A stretch of 64,000 nucleotides of DNA from positions 23,126,001 to 23,190,000 of the forward strand of contig NC_043010.1 in NCBI RefSeq assembly GCF_006345805.1, written 5' to 3'. The stretch comes from Octopus sinensis. Its lineage: Eukaryota. The position numbers and the translations under genes are program-made. Of the stretch, positions 40,625 through 52,939 are shown piece by piece (position 1 is the stretch's first letter; every line of letters starts with the position of its first letter). The notes under the pieces are model-generated. The model ran no database searches. It was not told where the DNA came from and worked only from the letters and a program-made list of their open reading frames with translations.

Positions 40625-43420
40625 AACAAGAAGGGTAGTAATATTATTTACTACCAGGTGCCCAGCACAAAAGACGAATTAGTCATAAGACAAAAATATT
40701 ATTCATATAGAAAAATATTATTCATGTAGTTATACAATTAAGGGCTCCTAAATAAAGATGCCGAGTGCTGGGAACACAAAAAGGGGATGAATTTATCGAG
40801 AGTGAAAATCAAAAACGTTTACCGATAACTTTAACAACTCGTACCGCGGTTTCTGCTTCTTTCTAGCAAAACACAGAATATGTTTGCTAAGGCCAGCTTC
40901 ATCAGCGAGTTGCCTGAATTTAATCGAGGTCTGCAGCGATGTGGAGCTATACGTTAAACCCGACTACTAGCAGATCTTAACTTTTCAAATCTCTGCGCAG
41001 ACGCAAAATTTACGCGGGCATGCCGGGAAGAATTTTACGAATAAATTCATCATGTAGTATGCGAATATAAACAAGAAGGGTAGTAATATTATTTACTACC
41101 AGGTGCCCAGCACAAAAGACGAATTAGTCATAAGACAAAAATATTATCATATAGAAAAATATTATTCATGTAGTTATACAATTAAGGGCTCCTAAATAAA
41201 GATGCCGAGTGCTGGGAACACAAAAAGGGGATGAATTTATCGAGAGTGAAAATCAAAAACGTTTACCGATAACTTTAACAACTCGTACCGCGGTTTCTGC
41301 TTCTTTCTAGCAAAACACAGAATATGTTTGCTAAGGCCAGCTTCATCAGCGAGTTGCCTGAATTTAATCGAGGTCTGCAGCGATGTGGGGCTATACGTTA
41401 AACCCGACTACTAGCAGATCTTAACTTTTCAAATCTCTGCGCAGACGCAAAATTTACGCGGGCATGCCGGGAAGAATTTTACGAATAAATTCATCATGTA
41501 GTATGCGAATATAAACAAGAAGGGTAGTAATATTATTTACTACCAGGTGCCCAGCACAAAAGACGAATTAGTCATAAGACAAAAATATTATTCATATAGA
41601 AAAATATTATTCATGTAGTTATACAATTAAGGGCTCCTAAATAAAGATGCCGAGTGCTGGGAACACAAAAAGGGGATGAATTTATCGAGAGTGAAAATCA
41701 AAAACGTTTACCGATAACTTTAACAACTCGTACCGCGGTTTCTGCTTCTTTCTAGCAAAACACAGAATATGTTTGCTAAGGCCAGCTTCATCAGCGAGTT
41801 GCCTGAATTTAATCGAGGTCTGCAGCGATGTGGGGCTATACGTTAAACCCGACTACTAGCAGATCTTAACTTTTCAAATCTCTGCGCAGACGCAAAATTT
41901 ACGCGGGCATGCCGGGAAGAATTTTACGAATAAATTCATCATGTAGTATGCGAATATAAACAAGAAGGGTAGTAATATTATTTACTACCAGGTGCCCAGC
42001 ACAAAAGACGAATTAGTCATAAGACAAAAATATTATTCATATAGAAAAATATTATTCATGTAGTTATACAATTAAGGGCTCCTAAATAAAGATGCCGAGT
42101 GCTGGGAACACAAAAAGGGGATGAATTTATCGAGAGTGAAAATCAAAAACGTTTACCGATAACTTTAACAACTCGTACCGCGGTTTCTGCTTCTTTCTAG
42201 CAAAACACAGAATATGTTTGCTAAGGCCAGCTTCATCAGCGAGTTGCCTGAATTTAATCGAGGTCTGCAGCGATGTGGGGCTATACGTTAAACCCGACTA
42301 CTAGCAGATCTTAACTTTTCAAATCTCTGCGCAGACGCAAAATTTACGCGGGCATGCCGGGAAGAATTTTACGAATAAATTCATCATGTAGTATGCGAAT
42401 ATAAACAAGAAGGGTAGTAATATTATTTACTACCAGGTGCCCAGCACAAAAGACGAATTAGTCATAAGACAAAAATATTATTCATATAGAAAAATATTAT
42501 TCATGTAGTTATACAATTAAGGGCTCCTAAATAAAGATGCCGAGTGCTGGGAACACAAAAAGGGGATGAATTTATCGAGAGTGAAAATCAAAAACGTTTA
42601 CCGATAACTTTAACAACTCGTACCGCGGTTTCTGCTTCTTTCTAGCAAAACACAGAATATGTTTGCTAAGGCCAGCTTCATCAGCGAGTTGCCTGAATTT
42701 AATCGAGGTCTGCAGCGATGTGGGGCTATACGTTAAACCCGACTACTAGCAGATCTTAACTTTTCAAATCTCTGCGCAGACGCAAAATTTACGCGGGCAT
42801 GCCGGGAAGAATTTTACGAATAAATTCATCATGTAGTATGCGAATATAAACAAGAAGGGTAGTAATATTATTTACTACCAGGTGCCCAGCACAAAAGACG
42901 AATTAGTCATAAGACAAAAATATTATTCATATAGAAAAATATTATTCATGTAGTTATACAATTAAGGGCTCCTAAATAAAGATGCCGAGTGCTGGGAACA
43001 CAAAAAGGGGATGAATTTATCGAGAGTGAAAATCAAAAACGTTTACCGATAACTTTAACAACTCGTACCGCGGTTTCTGCTTCTTTCTAGCAAAACACAG
43101 AATATGTTTGCTAAGGCCAGCTTCATCAGCGAGTTGCCTGAATTTAATCGAGGTCTGCAGCGATGTGGGGCTATACGTTAAACCCGACTACTAGCAGATC
43201 TTAACTTTTCAAATCTCTGCGCAGACGCAAAATTTACGCGGGCATGCCGGGAAGATTTTACGAATAAATTCATCATGTAGTATGCGAATATAAACAAGAA
43301 GGGTAGTAATATTATTTACTACCAGGTGCCCAGCACAAAAGACGAATTAGTCATAAGACAAAAATATTATTCATATAGAAAAATATTATTCATGTAGTTA
43401 TACAATTAAGGGCTCCTAAA
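40621..43420 (-). repeat. Tandem array of a 445-bp monomer (6 full units plus 132 bp), each with a type I hammerhead ribozyme; retrozyme/Penelope-like non-autonomous element
   Basis: Unit starts TATAAACAAG at 40621, 41066, 41510, 41955, 42400, 42845, 43289 (periods 445/444/445/445/445/444). Only 3 differences seen between units. (TA)n on both flanks. HHR core in every full unit. Confidence 0.95.
40835..40912 (-). ncRNA. Type I hammerhead ribozyme, unit 1 (copies at 41279-41356, 41724-41801, 42169-42246, 42614-42691, 43059-43136)
   Basis: Minus strand reads CAACUCG-CUGAUGA-[long stem II]-GAAAC-CGCG-GUA^CGAGUUG. Stem I is 7 bp, the core is intact, stem III has a palindromic loop, and cleavage is predicted between 40842 and 40841. 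Confidence 0.92.
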
Positions 43421-43431
43421 TATATATATAT

Positions 43432-43770
43432 GTGTGTGTGTGGGTACAGGACGTGATGAAACGTGTACAACCCCTCAAATATACGAAGCACGAGTACATG
43501 GAACATGAACTATTCTTTCGAACAACGAAAGACACAAATGGAAAACAAAAGAAACAGCATAAAGAACGAACCCTCATCAGTTGTTGGCTTTTCCTAGTCT
43601 CGTATTTCGAACATTTAACAACAATATACGCCGCTTTCGATAAAACAGTTGCTCCCGCTAAGGAAATGAAATAAAATTTGGGATCTTGCGGAGGGTCAAA
43701 TATTGGTAATACAAACAGGACAGTGAAAACAAACAGGAAGGGCTGCTAAGCCTAAAAGAGGTTGTGGTGG
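43432..43770 (-). repeat. Interspersed repeat; homologue at about 59130-59480 (+)
   Basis: Shared ACCCTCCGCAA(G/A)ATCCCAAATTTTATTT and ACTGTCCTGTTT blocks. Confidence 0.6.
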
Positions 43771-43865
43771 CGAATACACACACACACATACACATACACA
43801 TACACACAGACACACACACAGACACACACACATATATATATATATGTATATATATAGACATATAT

Positions 43866-45004
43866 ATAATAACAAATGGTAAAATTAATAAATTAAGAAG
43901 TAATCAGTAATTTCACCAAGTAGAATTTGGCATGAAAAAGACCATTTCATGGTAAGCTTAAGTAATACTTTATAATTAGGGTTCAGCAAAGATTTGCTTT
44001 ACCACATACTAAAGTTTAGAAATAGCAGTAAAAAAACCTTAGCTATTTCTTCTACTTTAAAAGGGAATTCCAGAAAAACCAAAGTACCTGAAAACAATCT
44101 ACGCATGCAAAGAGGAAAAATAACGAAAATCAATCAATATTTGGTTACCCACGTACGCGCGTTTCGGAATTAAATCGGTATAAAGAATATAGAATTATAC
44201 TTTACCCAACCATTTTCGACTCATCAGCGTGGGATTCCAACAATATTATATATTGAATATTAAATTCAAAGGCGCTAGAATATATCTCCCCACCTAACGG
44301 TATCAGACAGATCATATTCAGTGCTAGTGCCGCCAAATTCAAAATACGAATGAGAGGTAATCATATTCCCCTGCCCATTAGCGTGTGTCACCAAGTAATA
44401 TGCTACAGAGAGAAACTAGTTTGTTATCAGGGAGAAAAATTCCATTATCAATAATAACAAAGGGTAAAATTAATTAATTAAGAAGTAATCAGTAATTTAA
44501 CCAAGTAGAATTCGGCATGAAAATGACCATTTCATGGTAAGCTTAAGTAATACTTTATATTTAGGGTTTAGCAAAGGTTTGCTTTACCACATACTAAAGT
44601 TTAGAAATAGCAGTAAAAAAACCTTAGCTATTTCTTCTACTTTAAAAGGGAATCCCAGAAAAACCAAAGTACCTGAAAACAATCTACGCAGGCAAAGAGG
44701 AAAGATAACGAAAATCAATCCATATTTGGTTACCCACGTACGCGCGTTTCGGAATTAAATCGGTATAAAGAATATAGAATTATACTTTAACAAACTACAG
44801 TTTCTCTCTGTAGCATCTTACTTGGCGACACACGCTAATGGGCAGGGGAATGTGATGAACTCTCATTCGTATTTTGAATTTGGCGGCACTAGCACTGAAT
44901 ATGATCTGTCTGATACCGTTAGGTGGAGAGATATATTCCAGTGCCTTCGAATTTAATATTTAATATTTAATATTGTTGGAATCCCACGCTGATGAGTCGA
45001 AAAT
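43866..45004 (-). mobile_element. 585-bp monomer HHR element: one full unit plus a second unit whose 5' part is inverted
   Basis: Direct repeat of 43866 at 44451. Segment 44788-45004 is the reverse complement of about 44212-44426. (TA)-rich flanks. Confidence 0.85.
44148..44233 (-). ncRNA. Type I hammerhead ribozyme
   Basis: Minus strand reads CCCACG-CUGAUGA-[long stem II]-GAAAC-GCGC-GUA^CGUGGG. Confidence 0.9.
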
Positions 45005-45024
45005 ACATATATATATACAGATAG

Positions 45025-45310
45025 GCGCAGGAGTGACTGTGTGGTAAGTAGCTTGTTTATCAACCACATGGTTCCGAGTTCAGTCCTTCTGCCTGGAACC
45101 TTGAGCAAGTGTCTTCTAATATAGCCACAGGATGACTAAAGCCTTGTGACCGGACTTTGTAGTATATACTTGTGTGAGTGTTTGTCCTCCACCACCGCCT
45201 GCTGACCGCGTAACCTAGCGGTGCAACAAAAAATCACCGATAGAATAAGCATCAGACTTTAAAATATAAGTACTGGGATGGAATCGTTCAGCGAAAAATC
45301 CTTCACGATG
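45025..45310 (+). mobile_element. SINE family A, diverged
   Basis: Head GGCGCAGGAGTGACTGTGTGGTAAG and 3' blocks. Confidence 0.7.
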
Positions 45311-46853
45311 CCACGTGGTAGTTTTGAACCCGGAACCATGAGGCTGGAAAGCAAACTTCTTACTACACAGCCATTGCATGAAACTCAGATATTTTTATCT
45401 TGCTGTGTTAACTATCTGCCTGTTTTTAACTGTAAGACATAACCACAATAATGGTTCGAGCGGGTTTATTTCCCTTGAAAACCACAGCGTAACATACAAA
45501 CGCATACCATGACAATCGGAGCGCAATTTTGATAATATGATGGTTATTGAAAGAGAGAAACTGCAATAAAGAGAAAATATTGGCTACAAATAAATAACTT
45601 TTCCAAAGTTTATTGAACACCAATGCAACAATATCAAGTGTCCTTTTATATTTCCTGTAAATGATGTTCTTTAAAAAGAAGGTCTCATATTCTTTTCTTT
45701 TTCTTTTTTCCTTTTTTATTCCCCTTTTCTTTCTTTTTTTTTTGGTCATGTAAGTAGCTAATAACTTCGAAATATATATTTTTTCATCTTTGTGAAAAGT
45801 TGGCAATTGAAGATCAATACTGTCTCTGGAGTTTCAAATGTTTATACAGAATTTAGAAGTCTTCATCAAATTACTAACAAGGTACTTAATACCATATTCT
45901 CAAGACTGACAAGGCGCCATTTGAAAATTCAATTTATTTTCATCGAAATATGATAACAACTATCGGAGATACGTTAAGTTATGTTTGTCTTCTTTGTTCT
46001 GAATATTTTTCTTCTTCAAAGATTCATCGCTAATTTAATATTAGACAAATGTTCATTCTTTATTATTACCATTCTGTATCTCATGATAATATACACCATT
46101 TTTTTTCTGACATCAACGGCGTAAATATGAATATCAAATGCTCTTAAGTTCGTTTGCTTTTCTTCTCATCTCCAAGTTATTTTTCATTATTCTATCTTTT
46201 TCTCGCTGGTTTTCACAAGAGAATTTAATCTGCCGTTACTTGTCGAGTCACCAAGTGAGACGTTACCTGGTAACTAAATTTTCTAGAAATAGTAGCGAGA
46301 GTTTCTCTTAACCCACTCACTGTTGAGTTACAGAATAAATTAAGAAAGAACGCATACGATAATAAAGAAATAACCCCAGTATGGTGGCCATAGTTACACA
46401 TTTGATCATACGCCCTGCTCGAATAGCACTAAGCTAGGGCTAAACAGCAACAGCGACAACTGAAACGCAATCATCAACACTACTACAATCGCCAACACAA
46501 CCACTAACGGTACTCTCACCAACACAACTATCACCAACACTAAAAGTGCTACGAACGCTACTGTCGCTAAGAGCACCAGGAGATAAGCCGGGATCATTGT
46601 TCATTGAATGATTTTGCTCATAAACCTGGAATGGTTTTGGTCATGGCTAGACCGAAGTCCAAACAGTAACAGTACTGTCCCCTGTATAGACCGGGTCAGG
46701 GGAAATTAAGTGCCACATTCAAGCCTCTCACACCTGACTTGCGGTCTCCTCTTTCTCAGTCTGTTTATCTGTCTATTTCTCTCCCTCTCACTCTCTCTCT
46801 CTCTCGCTGCCCCCTTTCACTCTCCCTTTATCTCAGTCTGTCTGTCTGACACT

Positions 46854-46884
<31 letters not shown>

Positions 46885-48364
46885 ACACTTTCACTGCTTT
46901 TTCTACCTCAGCAGTGACTGATCTCGTGTAACACTCACCATTGCATTGTTGATCAACCCGTCTATCCTTCGCCCTCACCTCGCCCAGTCCTTCTTCTCGG
47001 GAACATCGGTCCTCTGGGAGGTTCTTTTTTCTCTTTCCATTACTACATTTTCCCGGTAGTCGCCCGCAGTCATTGCAAAACATTTAAACAGAAACATTAA
47101 CCCTGCTGACCTCACTGGTCTTAAAATGTTTCCAAGGATCATAGACACTATCTCTTTATAACCAAAGTAATAATAATAACAAAGAAAATAAACATATACT
47201 AAAACAGCGTCAGACCCTGATGCGAACCGTGGACACTTCGTCCATTACAGAGACAGTTTTATCGACATCCCTCGGCCATTATAACACGAACAGAATGAGG
47301 AGAAGTAAAAGGTTAAACAAAACTTTAATAATTATAAACCACACATATTTGCGTTAATAACTCACAATTTTGTAGAAATACTGTGTGATCAGAATCTGTT
47401 CATAATTACCAATAGTGTGTTAGAAAGATTTATTCTATTCAAAAATCAATAAAGATATTTTGAATTAATACATTTTTTTTTTTCAAATATGGCAATCAAT
47501 TTTAATTTGGTGCATTAGCTGAATCAATTATAGGCTTTTAACACACTCTACGTTTTTTCCCCTCTTTCTCTAGTAAATGAAACACAGCATGTCGTGAGTA
47601 AATCGAAAACGTTACTTGCTGAATTACGCATGCGTAGCTGTGTGGAATGATGTGCTGATGTGGTGGTGTGATGTCGGAGCGGTGGTGGTGTTTTTAAGAG
47701 CGAAATTGAATAATAACTTCCCCAACTGGACCTCATAAATCATATTGACGGGCCAGGTGTTAGAAAATCTAAGCGAACAGTAGGACTTGTAGTAAAGCAA
47801 TGGATTCTCACTTGTCTAAGTAAGCCTGTTCCTGCATCCGAGATAATTGGACGCTGACAGTATCGTTCATCATTGAGAGAAGAAAAAGACGACACGGCCT
47901 TTTACATGAACATTGAATAATAGTTCAAGAAAATGTTTCACTTATTTATATACTGATCAATGATGGATGTTAAAATGAGGAGTCAATTTGGTTACGTAAC
48001 CCTCAAAATGTTTTCTTTCAGAACAGGAAAACTTCTATTTCACATCTTTACATTTTTTTTGCAAGTAGTTGTTTATTTATTTATTTATTTATTTATTTAT
48101 TCATTCATTTATGATGTGTTTGCTGTATGATATTTTGTTCCTTTTATAATTCTTTATTTTTACATGTAGTGTTTAAGATTACTCCGCTTCCAATTCAACG
48201 GAGTTACGAAAGAGAATCAAATGACATCTCGTGAAACCCTGTTCAGCAGATCAGTTGTTAAAGCGCCAACATAAGCTGACATTGCAACATAAGATCAACG
48301 TATATTAAATAATTATGACACGTAAGATGGCCAATCACATATCTTTTATTCTTTTTTCTTTTCC

Positions 48365-48970
48365 ACTCTAGGCACAAGGCCCGATAATTTTTGGGGAAGG
48401 GGCCAGTCAATTAGATCGACCTCAGTACACAAATGGTACTTAATTTATCGACCCTGAAAGGATGAAAGGCAAATTCGACCTCGGCAGAATTTGAACTCAG
48501 AACGTAAAGGCAGACGAAATACCTGTTTCTTTACTACCCACAAAGGGCTAAACACAGAAGGAACAAACAAGGACAGACAAACAGATTAAGTCGATTATAT
48601 CGACCTCAGTGCGTAACTAGTACTTATTTAATCGACCCCGAAAGGATGAAAGGCAAAGTCAACTTTGGCGGAATTTGAACTCAGAACGTAGCGGTAGATG
48701 AAATACCGCTAAGCATTTCGCCCGGCGTGCTAACGTTTCTTATTTCTTTATTGCCTACAAGGGGCTAAACACAGAGGGGGCAAACAAGTACAGACAAACG
48801 AATTAAGTCAATTACATCGACCCCAGTACGTGACTGTTACTTAATTTATCGACCCCGAAAGGATGAAATGCAAAGTCGACCTCGGCGGAATTTGAACTCA
48901 GAACGTAACGGCAGATGAAATACGGCTACGCATTTCGCCCGTCGTGCTAACGTTTCTACCAGCTCGCCGA
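48365..48970 (-). mobile_element. Head-to-tail trimer of SINE family B
   Basis: Three successive copies of GATGAAA(G/T)GCAAA(G/T)TC...GAATTTGAACTCAGAACG. Confidence 0.85.
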
Positions 48971-51451
48971 CTTCTTTCTTTTATGATATTATTCAAATTT
49001 TTATGGTTTTATCATTTGTTTTACTTTATTCGTTATCGAAATGCGGCCATGAAGCAGAATTAAAGGGTTTAGTCGAACAAATCGACACCAGTATATTTTT
49101 AAAGATTTTAAGTCTGGTATTTATTATATCGGTATCTGATACTGAACTGCAAGATTACGAACAATGTAAATATATCAACATCGATTGTATTGTCCTAGCG
49201 GTGGGGTCGGCGCGAACTCACGCACACCCACATACACACACACACACACAGATTCACACACACTCACTCTCACACACATACGCGCACAGTTACACACACT
49301 CTCTCTCACACATACACACACACACTGTGTCTCTCTCACACACACATAAACACTCAACACTATCTCACACACACACACACTCACACACACATTCTCTCTC
49401 TCACACATACACACACACTCATACTCTCTCTCACACACACACTCACATACACTCTCTCACACACACACACTCACACATTCACTCACACACACATAAGATA
49501 CCAGGGTGTGGATAAATCAGTAATAATTTGTGGTTCGTGTGCTTCTATGTCTATATTCTCCCCTTGCTCTTTTCTTTGTAACTATCGACGATTCTCCTCT
49601 GCCACTACAGTGATCATTCTCTTCATATCGCTAGTGCACTTTGCAATTTTAGTCTTTCGCTGTATACTCCTGCTATCTCTCATTCTATTGTAATCTCTCT
49701 CTCGCTTTCTCTTCTTTCTTCTCTCTCTCTCTCTCTTTCTTTTTCTTTGGCAAGGTAACAGTTTTTGAAAAAGACTTGATTCTTGCAGAACTGCTGCTGA
49801 ACTGATTTTTAATTCAAGCAGAAAAACACATCGAATGCTACACAAGAGTATTCTGGAAGCCCCGGGCAGGACATTGGTGACAGTAGATTCCAAAAGAGAA
49901 GAGTACCAGTAGTTTTATTACTGTCATATTTTACCACTGTTCCCCAAAGGAATTAAACTTGATGAATTCTGTCTTCCTTTTAACTTATCATCGCTTTTGG
50001 ACCGGAGTAAATGTGAATGCAATTCTCTCTTTCTTTAACCATGGTATTGATAAACAAATTTTAAAAATAAATTGTGTGATAAAAATAAGTTCATTTCGCA
50101 ATTTATCCGTACCTTTTCCAATATCTTCATCTCAAGGGAACCTGACCCTCTCTCTGAGAGAGAGAGAGAGAGAGCAACTTCCTTTGACAAACTTCGACTT
50201 GGGGAACGTTCTAAATGGCATGCCTAAACTAGAAATTATTTGGAGTTTACACAGAAGTGTGGCCCGCCTGATGATGGAGCTATGCTTCATGCGGCCCGCT
50301 TCTCGAAAAAGGTTGTCCATGTCTGGTTTGAACTGATTGAAGTTAAAATAGGCGAGTACTGAACTGAAGCCCATTCAGTTGTGTCTTTTTAATCAATCCA
50401 TTACTTTCATTCTATCAGGACTTCATTAAAATGTATATGAGTTAATGTTATTGTTTTTTTTATCTCAAGTCAACTTTCAGACATATAATAAAAACAATCT
50501 AGCCATGACCAACATCCTAACTTTTCACGTCTAGTTCATCTTGAACTATACTACATCTTCGATTTTTTTTTAAGAATGTAAGATGAGTTGTGAAATAAAC
50601 TTGGCTGTTATTTCTAGTAGGTCGACGAACTACATAAAAGCTCTTACTGGCAGAGGTCAACCCTAAGGAAACAGATCATCGTTCAAAGCCTTCCAACTGC
50701 GACCATCCCGCTTTTCTTAGATTTAAGTATATCTTACACTATACTATCCAATATAACCTTACATATTTTAAAAAAAAGATAGCTGGGTTTGATTCAAAGG
50801 AGATTTTAGTTACTCTTTCTAGCCAGTAAAACATCTACGTGAAAGGTCTTCATTTGTTCATTGCGTTCCGTATTTTTTTCTAAATACAGCAGAGTGTGAT
50901 TGAATGAGCTTTAGCTTCTATTTCTTTCAAATAAAGTGCCTGTAGACAGCAGGACCGTCTTAACAGCATTATAAATTTCAGACAGAGCAAAGCACAGCGA
51001 CGTTTAGTATTTAACAGCGACTACCTGTATACATAGAACATTTTGGGGTTTATGATCCTGTTGGGTCTCCAAACAAACGCCTAATGTGTCTCTGCTTTCA
51101 TACAAAACTGATATAAGTGTCCCTTTGTTATCTCATTGCGTTCCCTTTTTTAAATCGATGCAGTATGACTTGAGTAGATTTCTCTTTATGGATAACAGTG
51201 TCATTTGAGAAAGCTTTTGACTACTGTTTCTGTTAGATCGAGCAACCGCGTAGACGCCCCATTGTTGTCTCACTCTATTTACTTTTCAGTACCACAAAGT
51301 ATGCTAACGTCATAGGAAATTAGAAACTTGAAACTTCGGGAGAACGTGAAACAAATCCTTTTTAACGGTGGAACTCGAAGAAGACAAAGCTATCCAAGGA
51401 GATTTTCTTACCTCAATATTTGTGTTCCACCGCCGTAAAAAAAAAACCGTA

Positions 51452-51613
51452 GGCGCAGGAGTAGTTATGTGGTAAGTAGCTTGCTTACCAGCCACATGGT
51501 TCCGGGTTCATTCCCACTGTGTGGCACCTTGGGCAAGTATCTTCTACTATAGCCTCGGCCGACCAAAGCCTTGTGAGTGGATTTGGTAGACGGAAACTGA
51601 AAGAAGCCCGTCG

Positions 51614-51644
<31 letters not shown>

Positions 51645-51868
51645 GTGTTTAAATGTTTGTGTATCTGTTTTTGTCCCCCTTCCCCAACATCGCTTGACAA
51701 CCGATGCTGGTGTGTTTACGTCCCCGTAACTTAGCGTTTCGGTAAAAGCGACCGATAGAATAAGTACTAGGCTTACAAAGAATGTCCTGTGTTTGATTTG
51801 CTCGACTAAATCCGGTACTCCAGCATGGTAGCAGTCAAATGACTGAAACAAGTAAAAGAGTAAAGAGA
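51452..51868 (+). mobile_element. SINE family A, well-preserved full copy
   Basis: All family blocks present in order. Confidence 0.9.
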
Positions 51869-52227
51869 GTATAGTGAAATATATTTGGCTGTCATTTCTA
51901 GCAGGTTATTCGTCCACATAACGACTCAGTCAACGGATCATTTAACATTGCAAGTTGTTTCTCTCTTTCCGTCCCCTCCCCACCGCCGCCCGTTCTCTCT
52001 TCATTCCATTCTGTCTTCTCTCCTTCCTTTTTAGCGAGATGATAGACAAGCAAGTGTAATGCCATCTCCCACCGAACACACAGAAACAAGCAGGTGATAT
52101 TCTCGGACAAAGAGTAATAGATGAGTTCTTCCCTTCAAGATAAATGTTAACATTAATTTATTACATTCACTTATTACGTTATCTCAAACATATTTTCGAA
52201 AACAATTTTGCTTGGCTTCTTCTTCTT

Positions 52228-52300
<73 letters not shown>

Positions 52301-52312
52301 TTATTATTATTA

Positions 52313-52359
<47 letters not shown>

Positions 52360-52552
52360 TATGTTTGACTTTTGCTTTATGTCTGCACAAGTTGGCTCCA
52401 AGTCTCACCCAGAGACCTTAAGAGACAACAGGTTGGAAGTTCACGTTGTTGTTATGCCTAGTTTGCCATATATTGGGGGTTTTTTTGTTGTACTAGTGAA
52501 TGTCTAATACATAAAAAAAAATTTTTTTTTAAGTTTGTTTTAAACCTTAGGA

Positions 52553-52939
52553 TTACATAGAGAGTATTTTGCGTAGGATATAAGCAGTTCCCATGAGCAC
52601 TATCTTTTGAATTTCTGCCATTTTGGGGTTTCCTGGTATCTGAGTTAGGTAGCAATCAGTCCCTTTCGCTATCATTCCCAGGGCACCTATGACAACAGGT
52701 ATTGTTTTAGTCTTCAGGTTCCACATTTTGCTGATTTCTATTTCAAGATCTTTATATTTGCTCAGTTTTTGGTAGGTCTGGACAGATACGTTTATATCGA
52801 TTGGGACAGTCATATCAATGAGGAGGCATGTTCTTTGTTTGAAGTCTTTCAATATGATATCTGGCCTATTTGCATCTATCTTTCTGTCAGTTTGAATGGT
52901 GAAGTTCCAGAGGAGTGAGATGTGCTCATTTTGAAGCAC
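52553..52939 (-). pseudogene. Restriction-like endonuclease fragment of the R4/Dong element
   Basis: LWNFTIQTDRKIDANRPDI...DMTVP...KYKDL...PVVIGALG. Confidence 0.85.

Noticed and set aside
40621-43420. CRISPR array or plain satellite DNA
   Set aside because: Units are identical end to end with no spacers, and the context is eukaryotic. A plain satellite does not explain the intact ribozyme.
43575-43595. Hammerhead at minus-strand CUGAUGA
   Set aside because: No properly placed GAAAC-stem III-NUH or matching stem I found.
45426-45806. 126-aa ORF with hydrophobic stretches
   Set aside because: Non-ATG start, Lys-rich low-complexity segment, stops upstream in frame, no recognisable family.
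50264-50330. Hammerhead at CUGAUGA
   Set aside because: No stem III or cleavage triplet; the context resembles a decayed MITE end.
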